Shown here: positions 10,449 to 20,648 of the stretch, piece after piece
How the letters are laid out: every line of letters starts with the position of its first letter
How positions within the stretch are numbered: position 1 is the first letter of the stretch
Virus record (IMG/VR): IMGVR_UViG_3300046779_000664
Location: 1-46,268 of that record
Source: a virus
Lineage: Duplodnaviria; Caudoviricetes
DNA: 46,268 bases
Strand: one strand, 5' to 3'
Translations under genes and position numbers: made by a program
The notes under the pieces: model-generated
The model's database searches: none
Told to the model about the DNA's origin: nothing
Seen by the model: the letters and a program-made list of their open reading frames with translations, nothing else

Positions 10449-10567
10449 AAAGTATTTATGACCACCCCTTTTCGCACCCTTTTCATGGTTGTATAACAGA
10501 GCATTTTACCGAATCTCCGCTAAATATTGTTAGAGCTTAAAAGAAGAGCTAATTAGGAGACAAGGAT

Positions 10568-13500
10568 ATGGCTTTAACTTCCCCAGGCGTACAGGTTTCG
10601 GTAATAGACGAAAGTTTTTACACACCTGCAGAACCAGGTACACGCCCATTGTTTATTGTTGCTTCTGCACAAGACAAAACTAACGGTGCTGGTACAGGTA
10701 CAGCACAAGGAACACTTGCCGCAAATGCAGGCAAGGTTTATTTAATTACTAGCCAGCGCGACTTGGTTGATACTTTTGGCGATCCTACTTTCCAAGTAGA
10801 CGCAAACAACAACCCAGTACACGCAGGCGAGCTAAACGAGTACGGTTTACAAGCCGCTTACAGTTACTTAGGTGTAAGCAATAGTGCTTTTGTTGTTCGT
10901 GCAGATTTGGACTTAAACAAATTAGTAGCAAGCGCAGACGCTCCAGGCGGTGCACCAGTAGATGGCACTTTCTGGTTAGACAGCGATGCTACAACATACG
11001 GTATTTTTGAATGGAATGGCGCAGTTGCTACAGCAACAGGCGGCCAAAGTTTTACTAACAAAGTGCCAACAATTTTCACAACAGGTACACCATCTAACAG
11101 CACAGGCGCTGTTGGTACATACGCAGTTGCTTATGATACAACTAATTCATCTAACGGACATTTAGTAAAGATTTATTATAAGAGTGCATTTGAGTCCGAT
11201 GGTAGTGTTGGAACAGCAACATGGGTACAAGTTGGTTCTAGCGCATGGGCAACAGCTCATCCAGTGATTACACCAACAGTAACTGGTTTCACACAAGGCG
11301 CAACAGTTGATGGCCAGAACTTAACATTTGCTGTTAACGGTGGATCAACACAAAACGTATTGATGACTGGCACAACAGTAGCTCAAGTTGCAGATGACAT
11401 TAACTTAGCGGCTATTACAGGTGTTGGTGCTCGTGTAGTTAACGGTGTATTACACATTTTTGCTACAACAAATGATGTAAACACTATTGCAATTAGTTCT
11501 GTTTCTGCCGCACTATTAACAAGTTTAGGCATGACAGCAGGAACATATTATGCTCCAGACTTTAAGATTAGTCCGCACACAGACGTGCCATTATGGAAGC
11601 GTAATAAGAGCGGTCACGTAAATCGCCCAACAGGTTCTATCTGGGTTAAAACTACAGATCCTAACTTGGGTGCTCGTTGGAGAGTTAAGATTTACAACGG
11701 TACTACCCAACTTTGGGACGAAGCAGATGCCCCATTATATGCAACAAACCAAGCCGCAAACTTTGGTATTGATTCATCTAAAGGCGGTTTAGGCATTCCT
11801 GTTAATAGTGTATATGTACAATATAACTATGACGAGTTTGCACAACCTTTAGCAGAATTCCGTGTAATGCGTAGAGCACGTAGTGGTTCTACAGTAGTTA
11901 ACACAATTCAAATTGAAGCAGGTACACTAGATAGCGGACAAGACTACGCAATCAGTTTAGGCGCTAGTCAAGCAGGTTCTGCAGATTTAGCAGAAGGTGT
12001 AGTAACATTTACAGCCGCTCCAGTAGCCGCAACAACAGCCGCAAACATTGCAGCCGCAATTAACTCTGCAAACATTGGTGCTATCGAAGCCAGTGTTACA
12101 ACAGATAACCGCGTTAAGATTGAAAATACAATTGGCGGCGATATCAGATTTGCAGACGTAGGCGATAGCGCAACTGGTGCTTCAGCAGTTGGCAAGTTAG
12201 GTTTCATCAGTGAAAATACTAACGTGTACGTTTTAGGCGAAAGCGACGACACATACGAATACGTTGCTAGTAACTGGATTCCACGTACATTTGCAGGCAC
12301 AACACAAACATACTTCATCGACACCGCCGCTCCAACTACATTAGTTGCAGATGGAGAACTATGGTATAGTTCAGTAGTTGACGAAGTAGACTTATTAGTA
12401 AACAACGGTAGCACATGGGTTGGCTTTGGTACATTCTATCCAGACACTGATCCTGCAGGTCCAATTGTTAGCGCAAGTCAACCAACAACATTTGCAGATG
12501 GCACAACAGAAATTGATGCTACAGCAGATGGACAGATTTGGATTGACACTAGCGATATTGAAAACTATCCAGTAATCAAGCGTTGGAACGGTGACTTGTT
12601 AAAGTGGGAAGTACTAGATACTTCAGACCAAACAACAGAAAACGGCGTTCTATTTGCTGATGCTCGTTGGGCATTGTCAGGCGATTTAGAAGATCCTAGC
12701 ACAATCGCAGACCTATGGACTAGCGATTTCTTAGACTTTGACGCTCCAGATCCAGCACTATATCCACGCGGAATGGTACTATGGAACTTACGCCGTAGCG
12801 GTTTCAACGTTAAGCGTTTTGTACGCAATTATGTTGACTTAACAGCAGACAACGGACGTATGGGCGATGTAAGCATGGAACTTTACTATCCACATCGTTG
12901 GGTAACAGAGTCTGGCAACCAAGCAGACGGTTCAGGTTCATTTGGACGTCACGCACAACGTAAGGTTGTTATCCAAGCTCTACAAGCACTAGTTAACAGT
13001 AACGAAGATATCCGTGATACAGAAGTTCGTTCGTTTAACTTAATGGCTTGCCCGGGTTACTCAGAATTAATTGGCGAAATGGTAAGTCTAAACTATGATA
13101 GAGGTTTAACATCTTTCGTAGTGGGAGATACTCCAGCACGTCTAACACCAGATGCTACAACAATCAATGATTGGGGTAACAACGTTGCTCTAAGTTTACA
13201 AGACGATGACAATGGTTTAGTAAGTTACGACGAGTACTTAGGTGTGTTCTATCCATGGGGCTTTACAAGTGACAACGCAGGACGCGATATTGCTGTTCCT
13301 CCAAGTCACATGATTTGCCGCATGATTGCATTAAACGACCAAGTGGCTTATCCATGGTTTGCTCCAGCAGGCACACGTCGTGGTGGTATTACTAACGCAA
13401 CAGCAGTTGGTTATGTAAGTAGCGAAGGCGAGTTTGTATCAGTTGCTCTAAACGAAGGTCAACGTGATACATTGTACAATGTTAAGGTTAACCCAATCAC

Positions 13501-13888
13501 ATTCTTTACAGGTGCTGGTTTAGTTAACTTCGGACAAAAGACTCGTGCAAGAAATGCAAGTGCAATGGATCGTATCAACGTAGCACGTTTAGTAATTTAC
13601 TTACGTAGCCAGTTGAACAAACTTGCAAAACCATATATTTTCGAACCTAATGACAAAATCACTAGAGACGAAATTAAACAACAGGTCGAAAGCCTATTGT
13701 TAGAATTAGTCGGACAACGTGCTCTATACGACTTCTTAGTTGTTTGTGACGAAAGTAACAACACACCTAACAGAATCGATAGAAACGAGTTGTATGTCGA
13801 TATTGCTATTGAACCAGTTAAGGCAGTGGAATTCATTTACATTCCAGTACGCTTGAAGAACACTGGTGAAATTGCGGGTCTAGGCTAA
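10568..13888 (+). CDS. Contractile tail sheath protein (gp18-like), 1106 aa with large insertion domains
   Basis: N-terminal LTSPGVQVSVID; C-terminal YPWFAPAG.RRG, RINVARL, FEPND..TR, VVCDESNNTP, IEPVKAVEFI. Confidence 0.95.
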   Translation: MALTSPGVQVSVIDESFYTPAEPGTRPLFIVASAQDKTNGAGTGTAQGTLAANAGKVYLITSQRDLVDTFGDPTFQVDANNNPVHAGELNEYGLQAAYSYLGVSNSAFVVRADLDLNKLVASADAPGGAPVDGTFWLDSDATTYGIFEWNGAVATATGGQSFTNKVPTIFTTGTPSNSTGAVGTYAVAYDTTNSSNGHLVKIYYKSAFESDGSVGTATWVQVGSSAWATAHPVITPTVTGFTQGATVDGQNLTFAVNGGSTQNVLMTGTTVAQVADDINLAAITGVGARVVNGVLHIFATTNDVNTIAISSVSAALLTSLGMTAGTYYAPDFKISPHTDVPLWKRNKSGHVNRPTGSIWVKTTDPNLGARWRVKIYNGTTQLWDEADAPLYATNQAANFGIDSSKGGLGIPVNSVYVQYNYDEFAQPLAEFRVMRRARSGSTVVNTIQIEAGTLDSGQDYAISLGASQAGSADLAEGVVTFTAAPVAATTAANIAAAINSANIGAIEASVTTDNRVKIENTIGGDIRFADVGDSATGASAVGKLGFISENTNVYVLGESDDTYEYVASNWIPRTFAGTTQTYFIDTAAPTTLVADGELWYSSVVDEVDLLVNNGSTWVGFGTFYPDTDPAGPIVSASQPTTFADGTTEIDATADGQIWIDTSDIENYPVIKRWNGDLLKWEVLDTSDQTTENGVLFADARWALSGDLEDPSTIADLWTSDFLDFDAPDPALYPRGMVLWNLRRSGFNVKRFVRNYVDLTADNGRMGDVSMELYYPHRWVTESGNQADGSGSFGRHAQRKVVIQALQALVNSNEDIRDTEVRSFNLMACPGYSELIGEMVSLNYDRGLTSFVVGDTPARLTPDATTINDWGNNVALSLQDDDNGLVSYDEYLGVFYPWGFTSDNAGRDIAVPPSHMICRMIALNDQVAYPWFAPAGTRRGGITNATAVGYVSSEGEFVSVALNEGQRDTLYNVKVNPITFFTGAGLVNFGQKTRARNASAMDRINVARLVIYLRSQLNKLAKPYIFEPNDKITRDEIKQQVESLLLELVGQRALYDFLVVCDESNNTPNRIDRNELYVDIAIEPVKAVEFIYIPVRLKNTGEIAGLG

Positions 13889-13917
13889 GAATAAATACGA
13901 ACAGGAGATTATAGAGA

Positions 13918-14538
13918 ATGTCTATTTCAACACTAAGCAAATTATCGGTTCCTTTAGCCAGTGACCAGTCAGCAAGTTCTCAAGGCTTGCTAATGCCTAA
14001 ACTGTCTTACAGATTTAGAATTAGTTTTGAGAACTTTGGTGTTAGCACTCCAACAACAAACTTAACTAAGCAAGTTGTTGAAGCAAAGCGTCCTGAACTA
14101 ACATTTGATTCTATTGAACTACCAGTTTACAACAGCCGTGTTTACATGGCTGGTAAACACAAATGGAATCCAATTACATGTAAGTTACGCGATGATGCTA
14201 CAGGAGAAGTTCAAAAGTTAGTTGGCGAACAACTACAGAAACAATTCGACTTCTTCGAACAAAGTTCTGCGGCTTCAGGTATCGATTACAAGTTTACAAC
14301 AAGACTTGAAATGTTAGACGGCGGTAACGGTGCTAACGTTCCAACAGTTTTAGAAACATGGGAAATGTACGGTTGTTTCCTAACAACAGCAAGTTATGGT
14401 ACAGTTAACTATGGTTCTAACGATGCAGTAACAATCGATTTAACTATCCAGTACGATAACGCTATCCAAAGCCCACAAGGCACTGGCGTTGGTACAGCAG
14501 TAGGAAGAGCCCTAGGAACTCTGGCTACAGGCGGTTAA
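13918..14538 (+). CDS. Tail tube protein (gp19-like)
   Basis: Directly after sheath; YRFR..F, AGK..W..IT..LRDD, W...GCF, I.LTI.YD. Confidence 0.88.
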   Translation: MSISTLSKLSVPLASDQSASSQGLLMPKLSYRFRISFENFGVSTPTTNLTKQVVEAKRPELTFDSIELPVYNSRVYMAGKHKWNPITCKLRDDATGEVQKLVGEQLQKQFDFFEQSSAASGIDYKFTTRLEMLDGGNGANVPTVLETWEMYGCFLTTASYGTVNYGSNDAVTIDLTIQYDNAIQSPQGTGVGTAVGRALGTLATGG

Positions 14539-14566
14539 AAAGTTCCGGGAGCATTACGGTAGCAAA

Positions 14567-14591
14567 AAAAGGACACTCCGGTGTCCTTTTT
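14567..14591 (+). terminator. Intrinsic terminator after the tube gene
   Basis: AAAAGGACAC-TCCG-GTGTCCTTTT hairpin followed by T-tract. Confidence 0.85.
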
Positions 14592-14630
14592 CTTTATCTA
14601 TATACATAATTCTAACCGATAAATAATTAT

Positions 14631-16022
14631 ATGGCAAACATACTCAACGGTTTTTTAGACAACTTCGCATCAGGATTAGGCAATCCTAAAGGTACTCTTG
14701 GCGACTTCCAACACGCGGCACGACTATACAATAGTCAAGCCATGCGCCTTGCTCCTAAGGGCAAATGGATGTATCATGTGGTGTTTAACATAAACCCACG
14801 TGCTATAGGAACAGCAAAGTTTGATATTCAAAAACATGGTACTGCAATTAATATGTTAGTAAAACAAATTGATTTGCCTAAGTTTAGAATGCAAGTTGAA
14901 AAGCCAATACAGTATAATAAGAAACGCCAAATACATACAAAATTAGAATACGATCCAATTAGCGTACAGTTTCACGATGATAACTTTGGTTTAAGCACAG
15001 CACTATGGTCAATGTACTATGGGTATTATTTTGCAGATAGTAAGCACGGTGCTAGTCTAGGATCTAGCACAGCAGGAACGCTATTATCAGGAGTTGGTAA
15101 TTTACTTGCAGGTTTTATCCCTGGCACCAATGGATTACTAGGCGCAGTAAAAGGATTCTTAGGCAGCGGCGATGCTAGTGTGCCTGCGGCTTATCAACGA
15201 AACAGTTTTAAATCTTCAACACTAAACGGATACCGTTATGGTTTAGATAACGGCAGTGGTGCTCCTTTCTTTAGTAGCATACAAATATTTCAACTAGCAA
15301 GACATCAGTATCAAAGTTATACATTAATCAATCCCGTAATTACAAGTTGGAGCCACGATAGTTTACAAAGTGCATCTAACGAAGGTGCCGGTAACACTAT
15401 GCAAGTTTCGTATGAAGCAGTTATCTACGGAACTGGTGCAGTAAGTCAAGGGACTCCTAAAGGTTTTGCTACAGAGTTCTATGATAAGCAGCCTAGTCCA
15501 TTGGGACTACTAGGTGGTGGAGTTACTAGTTTATTTGGACAGGGCGGAGTGCTAGGCGGTATTGCCGATGTACTTTCAGACTTAGGACCTGGCGGCAACG
15601 GATTTACATTGGGTACATTGATTAAAGGTATTAACACTTATAACAATGCTAAGAAGTTAACAAAAGAAGGCCTAAGACAAGAAGGATTTAATATTCTTAA
15701 ATCTGCATTAGGCGCAAGTACAGGCATCGATGTAAGTGGTGTTGCTAACGTACTATTTCCTAAACAAACAGGCAACGGACAAACGCAAGTAACTAAAGCA
15801 GCCGCACCAAAAGAAACAGCAAAAACTAACACACCTGATCAAAGAGCATCTGCACTTGCAAAGAATCCTGCTCTTAAAACCGCCGCAGTAGACCTTGCTA
15901 TTAAGTCGGGCATAGTTCCTCCAGGAGCAAACGCCGCGGCACAAGTCGACAGTTTAATTAATAGTGGAAGAAATGTTAAACTTAATGGCGCAGTAGATAA
16001 ATTAATTTCAACAGCAGGATAA
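14631..16022 (+). CDS. Tube-like baseplate / tail tube initiator protein (gp48/gp54-like) with Gly-rich segments
   Basis: VKQIDLP...YDPISVQFHDD and YTLINPVITSW...MQVSYE resemble the tube fold; located after the tube gene. Confidence 0.6.
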   Translation: MANILNGFLDNFASGLGNPKGTLGDFQHAARLYNSQAMRLAPKGKWMYHVVFNINPRAIGTAKFDIQKHGTAINMLVKQIDLPKFRMQVEKPIQYNKKRQIHTKLEYDPISVQFHDDNFGLSTALWSMYYGYYFADSKHGASLGSSTAGTLLSGVGNLLAGFIPGTNGLLGAVKGFLGSGDASVPAAYQRNSFKSSTLNGYRYGLDNGSGAPFFSSIQIFQLARHQYQSYTLINPVITSWSHDSLQSASNEGAGNTMQVSYEAVIYGTGAVSQGTPKGFATEFYDKQPSPLGLLGGGVTSLFGQGGVLGGIADVLSDLGPGGNGFTLGTLIKGINTYNNAKKLTKEGLRQEGFNILKSALGASTGIDVSGVANVLFPKQTGNGQTQVTKAAAPKETAKTNTPDQRASALAKNPALKTAAVDLAIKSGIVPPGANAAAQVDSLINSGRNVKLNGAVDKLISTAG

Positions 16023-16024
16023 TT

Positions 16025-16408
16025 ATGACAAACTTAGCACAAAACAGTAACTTACCACAAACAGAGCAATCAGACTCTGGAGACAAAGTAAAAACATTCT
16101 TTGACACTTACTTTGTTGAACCTATTAGTTTTCCAGCAGAACAAATCGATGCAACCGTTGGCTTCTTTCAGAAACGTGGATTTGACGAATTGGCTAGTCA
16201 AGCAACAGCCATAGTATTACTACAACAAGCAAAGTTAGATAGTGTTAATGTTTTTACTTTATTAGATACTTTAAAAGGTTTAGAAGACATTCAACTTAGT
16301 GCTGTGGTTGCTGAAGTTTTAAATTATAACCGTCAAAAAATATCCACACTTGGCTATCGTCAACAAGGTCAAAGTGATTTCTTAGAAAGCCGTAACATAG
16401 TAGTATGA
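16025..16408 (+). CDS. Hypothetical phage protein
   Basis: Operon-coupled ORF with AGGA RBS; overlaps next gene (ATGA). Confidence 0.7.
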   Translation: MTNLAQNSNLPQTEQSDSGDKVKTFFDTYFVEPISFPAEQIDATVGFFQKRGFDELASQATAIVLLQQAKLDSVNVFTLLDTLKGLEDIQLSAVVAEVLNYNRQKISTLGYRQQGQSDFLESRNIVV

Positions 16409-16839
16409 AGAAATTTGCTCAAGGTAAATTTGGTCTCAAGAACCCAGAAAAATATGTAGGTAACAGAACACCTACATATCGTAGTAGTTGGGAATGGGCC
16501 GTGATGCAAATGTTTGACAATAACCAGTCCATTGAAAAGTGGGGTAGCGAAGTTGTTAAAATTCCGTACAGAGATCCGCTTACTGGCAAACATACAATTT
16601 ATGTGCCTGACTTTTTCGTAGTGTACAACGATAAGAACGGAAAACGTCACGCAGAATTATGGGAAGTAAAACCTGCTAGTCAAGCAGTATTAGAAAAAGT
16701 TGGACGCAGTAAAACTAACCAAGCCGCGTATGTTAAAAACATGGCTAAGTGGGAAGCCGCTAGAGCTTGGTGTAAACAACAAGGCGTGTTCTTCCGTGTA
16801 GTATCTGAAAACGATATTTTCCATAACGGAAAACGATAA
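16405..16839 (+). CDS. Head completion nuclease (T4 gp4 / TnsA-like)
   Basis: YRSSWE, WGSE...IPY, YVPDF, EVKP, N.AKW.AA motifs. Confidence 0.88.
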   Translation: MKKFAQGKFGLKNPEKYVGNRTPTYRSSWEWAVMQMFDNNQSIEKWGSEVVKIPYRDPLTGKHTIYVPDFFVVYNDKNGKRHAELWEVKPASQAVLEKVGRSKTNQAAYVKNMAKWEAARAWCKQQGVFFRVVSENDIFHNGKR

Positions 16840-16849
16840 GTAAAACACC

Positions 16850-17365
16850 ATGACTAAAAAACTAGAAGAATTACTAAACTTGCCCGAAACTCAAGAAATA
16901 GTCAAAGAAGACGAAAAGAAACAACGCAATCGTGTTAAAGAAGAACAAGTTGCTAGGGACAATGCTCCTGCTGAAAACTTGTTCAGAAACATGGACGATT
17001 TTGATAAAATTTCTGCGGCACTTCCTCAAGTAAAAGGACTAGGTGATCTAAGCGATAGCGAGTTTGATGCATTGGCTCAACGTGCTACAGACGCTTATGA
17101 CGACTTAATTGACTTAGGTATGAACGTAGAACCTAGGTATAGCTCTAGAATATTTGAAGTAGCGTCTAGTATGTTGAAAAACGCTATAGATGCTAAATCT
17201 GCTAAAATTGACAAAAAGCTCAAGATGATTGAGTTACAAATTAAGAAGCAGAAAGTAGACCAAGAGTCCAAGCCCGCAGGCGAAGGAGACGGCGCGATTT
17301 CTGGCGAAGGATTCCTAATTACAGACCGCAATAGCCTGCTTGAAAAATTGAAGAATATGAAATAA
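16850..17365 (+). CDS. Probable terminase small subunit (gp16-like)
   Basis: Helical 171-aa protein with PR...IFEVA..ML..A segment, C-terminal DRNSLL; upstream of terminase large subunit. Confidence 0.5.
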   Translation: MTKKLEELLNLPETQEIVKEDEKKQRNRVKEEQVARDNAPAENLFRNMDDFDKISAALPQVKGLGDLSDSEFDALAQRATDAYDDLIDLGMNVEPRYSSRIFEVASSMLKNAIDAKSAKIDKKLKMIELQIKKQKVDQESKPAGEGDGAISGEGFLITDRNSLLEKLKNMK

Positions 17366-17385
17366 ATATAGTAGTGGGGAAAATT

Positions 17386-17985
17386 ATGAAAACATTTGCA
17401 GATTACTTAACAGAGAGTAAAAAGACATACGCATTTACTATTAAAGTTGCGGGCGATTTAGCCGAGGGCTTTAATGATAAATTAAAATCAGCGTTAGAAC
17501 GCTATTCCGTTGCTAGTATTAGCAAAGGCAAACGAGCACCTATTACAGAAAACCCAATTGACTTCCCACAACTAAAGAATGTAAATGTAACTGCATTTAA
17601 CGTTGAAGTTCATTACCCTACTACATCTAAAGTTTTAGAACAGTATATCTGTCAATGTTGTGGTTGCAAGGACGGTATGGTTGTAGTACGTGCGGCTAAC
17701 GAAGTAACAGAACAACATCAAGAAGTTGTTAACAAGAAAGAAGCAGAAAAGCCTTTAATCGGACAATGCGATCCTGCTCCAAGCAATCATCAAGATTTAG
17801 TTGGTGATAAGAAAATTTCTAGTTTCTTAAAAGACCTAGCAAAAGTTAAACACACAGGTGAACCATACACAGGTGTTAACGATTCATTGTTAGCAAATTC
17901 TACACCAACAGAAAAAGCATCTGAGATGCCAGAAGGTGCTAGTATTAGCCCTATCGGCTCAAAAGCTCAAAAAGGAAAAAAATAA
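17386..17985 (+). CDS. Hypothetical protein, putative internal head protein
   Basis: MKTFADYLTES N-terminus resembles a prohead-protease cleavable leader; alternative GTG start at 17374. Confidence 0.6.
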   Translation: MKTFADYLTESKKTYAFTIKVAGDLAEGFNDKLKSALERYSVASISKGKRAPITENPIDFPQLKNVNVTAFNVEVHYPTTSKVLEQYICQCCGCKDGMVVVRAANEVTEQHQEVVNKKEAEKPLIGQCDPAPSNHQDLVGDKKISSFLKDLAKVKHTGEPYTGVNDSLLANSTPTEKASEMPEGASISPIGSKAQKGKK

Positions 17986-17987
17986 TC

Positions 17988-18947
17988 ATGGATATGAAAA
18001 AATTACTGGGCATTGTCTCAGATGACAAACAGCAACAACAACTAAACGAAAGCGTTGAAGAATGCGGCGGTATGCCAGCACCAGGAATGACTCCTCCAGG
18101 TAACGTATCAATGAGCGTTAACCTAAACGCACAAGGTGTCGATAATATCAAAGAACTTTTAAACTTAATGCGTAGTGCAGAAGCACCAGGTAGAATGTCA
18201 GAGCCGATGGGTATGCCAGCAGTGGGCATGGATATGCCAATTGCTATTACTAAGGTAAGCGGCGGAGATGATGACGGTCCTAAGCCAGCAGGCAGCGACG
18301 GCGATCGTGGAATGGATCAAATTAAAGATTTAGTTCGTAGCGCAGGTATTAAGAAAGACTTTGCTAATGAACCAGAAGAAGCATACGCAGGTGTAGATAG
18401 TGTAACTACAGATGCAGGCGGCGGTATGCAAGAGCCAAAAGATCCAGCAGACATTCGTGTTAAAGATCCAAGCGGCTACGAGCAAGCAGAAGAAGAGTAT
18501 GCTAATGAACCAGACGAACAAACTATGGATCATACTACAATGATTAAAGATTTGTCAGGCGGTTTAAACAGAGAAAAAGGACAATATCCTAAGGCTCAAG
18601 ATGGTGACAACGCCATGGCTGTGAGAGTAGAAAGCATTCGTCAGGCATTAGATCGACACTATAGAGAGATTAAAGAAGCAACCGTCGAAAGATCAGATCT
18701 TACTCCCAAGATTCTGCCAGCCGGCACAACTCCGCCACGAAACTGGAGATCTCAAGGTCCACTTGCTGATTACGCACCACCGCAACCATCTTGGAAGCAG
18801 TTAAGTCAAACTCCTGAGTGGAAACAACTTCAGAATAACTTAGAAACGGCTATAAACTCAACAGATGACGGTGCTATTGCTAGAATAGAAAAAGCTCAAG
18901 CAGACATTAGAGCTTTTTTAAACAAAAATGGTCAAGGCCCTCGTTAA
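17988..18947 (+). CDS. Hypothetical acidic low-complexity protein, putative head/scaffold-associated
   Basis: AAGGA RBS; LNES motif; repeated (F/Y)ANEP.E units. Confidence 0.6.
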   Translation: MDMKKLLGIVSDDKQQQQLNESVEECGGMPAPGMTPPGNVSMSVNLNAQGVDNIKELLNLMRSAEAPGRMSEPMGMPAVGMDMPIAITKVSGGDDDGPKPAGSDGDRGMDQIKDLVRSAGIKKDFANEPEEAYAGVDSVTTDAGGGMQEPKDPADIRVKDPSGYEQAEEEYANEPDEQTMDHTTMIKDLSGGLNREKGQYPKAQDGDNAMAVRVESIRQALDRHYREIKEATVERSDLTPKILPAGTTPPRNWRSQGPLADYAPPQPSWKQLSQTPEWKQLQNNLETAINSTDDGAIARIEKAQADIRAFLNKNGQGPR

Positions 18948-18996
18948 CGCCACTAGACAAATTCGTCGGCAGTTGCATTGTGATTAAGACAATGCC

Positions 18997-19024
18997 AAAT
19001 AGGCTCTTTGGAGCCTATTTTTTT
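18997..19024 (+). terminator. Intrinsic terminator before the terminase gene
   Basis: AAATAGGCTC-TTTG-GAGCCTATTT followed by T-tract. Confidence 0.85.
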
Positions 19025-19038
19025 CGTTAAATAAAAGC

Positions 19039-20637
19039 ATGGCAGGAAAAACATTAGACGGCGTATTAATTAAAAAGGCGCACAGGCAAGAGCGTTTTAC
19101 AGAAGCTCACGTTGCCGATTTAGCCGCCTGTGCCGATCCAGATACAGGATACTTGCACTTTGCAAAAAACTTCTTTTACATACAACACCCTGTAAAAGGT
19201 AAGTTATTATTTGAACCTTTTGAGTATCAAATAAACTTATTACATTCATATCATGACAATCGATTTAACATAAACATGTTGCCACGTCAAAGTGGTAAGA
19301 CAACATGTGCCGCAGGTTATTTGCTGTGGTACGCAATGTTTCATCCAGATCAAACTGTACTAGTTGCCGCACACAAGTACACAGGTTCTCAAGAAATTAT
19401 GCAACGTATTCGTTATGCATACGAGGACTGTCCGGATCATATTCGTTGCGGTGTAACAAACTACAACAAGGGTAGTATTGAATTTGACAACGGATCACGT
19501 ATAGTATCCGCAACAACTACAGGCAACACGGGTCGCGGTATGTCTATTTCATTACTATACTGTGACGAGTTTGCGTTCGTACAACCAAACATTGCTGAAG
19601 AGTTTTGGACATCTATTTCGCCTACACTAGCAACTGGTGGTAGAGCAATTATTACAAGTACTCCTAACTCAGACGAAGATACGTTTGCTAACATTTGGAA
19701 AGAAGCAAATAAAAAGTTTGACGAGTTTGGTAATGAAACTGAATTAGGTATTAACGGCTTCCACGCATTTAAAGCAGATTGGTGGGAACATCCAGACAGA
19801 GACGATGCATGGAAAGTTACAGAAATGGGTCGTATCGGTGAAGAACGTTTCCGTCGTGAATACGGTTGCGAATTCTTAGTCTATGACGAAACATTAATTA
19901 ACAGTATTTGCCTTGCAGGATTAGAAGGCAAAGAACCAACGCTAAAGATGGGCCAGTGCCGTTGGTACAAAAAGCCATCGGACGAATATATCTATGCAGT
20001 TGCACTTGACCCTGCGTTGGGTACAGGTGGCAACTATGCGGCTATTCAAGTACTCGAACTACCAACGATGGTGCAAGTAGCGGAGTGGCAACATAATACT
20101 ACTGCTGTTGAAGGACAGATAAAGATACTTAAAGATATTTGTAAGTATATTGCTGAAAGTTGTCCTAAGATGCAAGGATCAAATATCTACTGGAGTGTTG
20201 AAAATAATACAGTAGGTGAAGCGGCACTTGTTGTTATTAAGAATGTTGGCGAAGAAAGCATACCTGGACTGTTTATAGCAGAGCCTATACGCAAAGGGCA
20301 TGTACGTAAATTCCGCAAAGGATTTAACACTACACACAGAAGTAAGATATCAGTGTGCTCCAGATTAAAGCATTTAATCGAAAGCGGAAAAATGAAGGTC
20401 AACAGCAAGGCGCTGATTAGCGAATTAAAAGCATTTATCGCTAGTGGTATTAGTTTTAAGGCTAAAGTGGGTGAAACAGACGACTTAGTATCTGCTATGT
20501 TGCTTGCTGTACGCATGAGCGCAGTTATGGCTGATTGGGATCAGCGTGTATTTGATGTAATGACTGGACGCTTAGATGACGACGAAGACACTGATTTTGA
20601 GCCGCCAATGCCCATATTTGTTTCAACTGGATTCTAA
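19039..20637 (+). CDS. terL: Terminase large subunit (T4 gp17-like)
   Basis: Walker A PRQSGKTT, Walker B LLYCDEFAF, ITSTP coupling motif, F.REY.CEF, nuclease ALDPA...DDLV. Confidence 0.96.
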   Translation: MAGKTLDGVLIKKAHRQERFTEAHVADLAACADPDTGYLHFAKNFFYIQHPVKGKLLFEPFEYQINLLHSYHDNRFNINMLPRQSGKTTCAAGYLLWYAMFHPDQTVLVAAHKYTGSQEIMQRIRYAYEDCPDHIRCGVTNYNKGSIEFDNGSRIVSATTTGNTGRGMSISLLYCDEFAFVQPNIAEEFWTSISPTLATGGRAIITSTPNSDEDTFANIWKEANKKFDEFGNETELGINGFHAFKADWWEHPDRDDAWKVTEMGRIGEERFRREYGCEFLVYDETLINSICLAGLEGKEPTLKMGQCRWYKKPSDEYIYAVALDPALGTGGNYAAIQVLELPTMVQVAEWQHNTTAVEGQIKILKDICKYIAESCPKMQGSNIYWSVENNTVGEAALVVIKNVGEESIPGLFIAEPIRKGHVRKFRKGFNTTHRSKISVCSRLKHLIESGKMKVNSKALISELKAFIASGISFKAKVGETDDLVSAMLLAVRMSAVMADWDQRVFDVMTGRLDDDEDTDFEPPMPIFVSTGF

Positions 20638-20648
20638 TAAATACTACT

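Noticed and set aside
10463-10484. Short direct repeat CACCC(C)TTTTC upstream of the sheath gene
   Set aside because: Only two short copies; no function can be supported from the sequence alone
16405-16839. Tn7-like transposon (TnsA-like nuclease)
   Set aside because: Motifs and context match T4 gp4 head completion protein; no tnsB/tnsC or transposon ends
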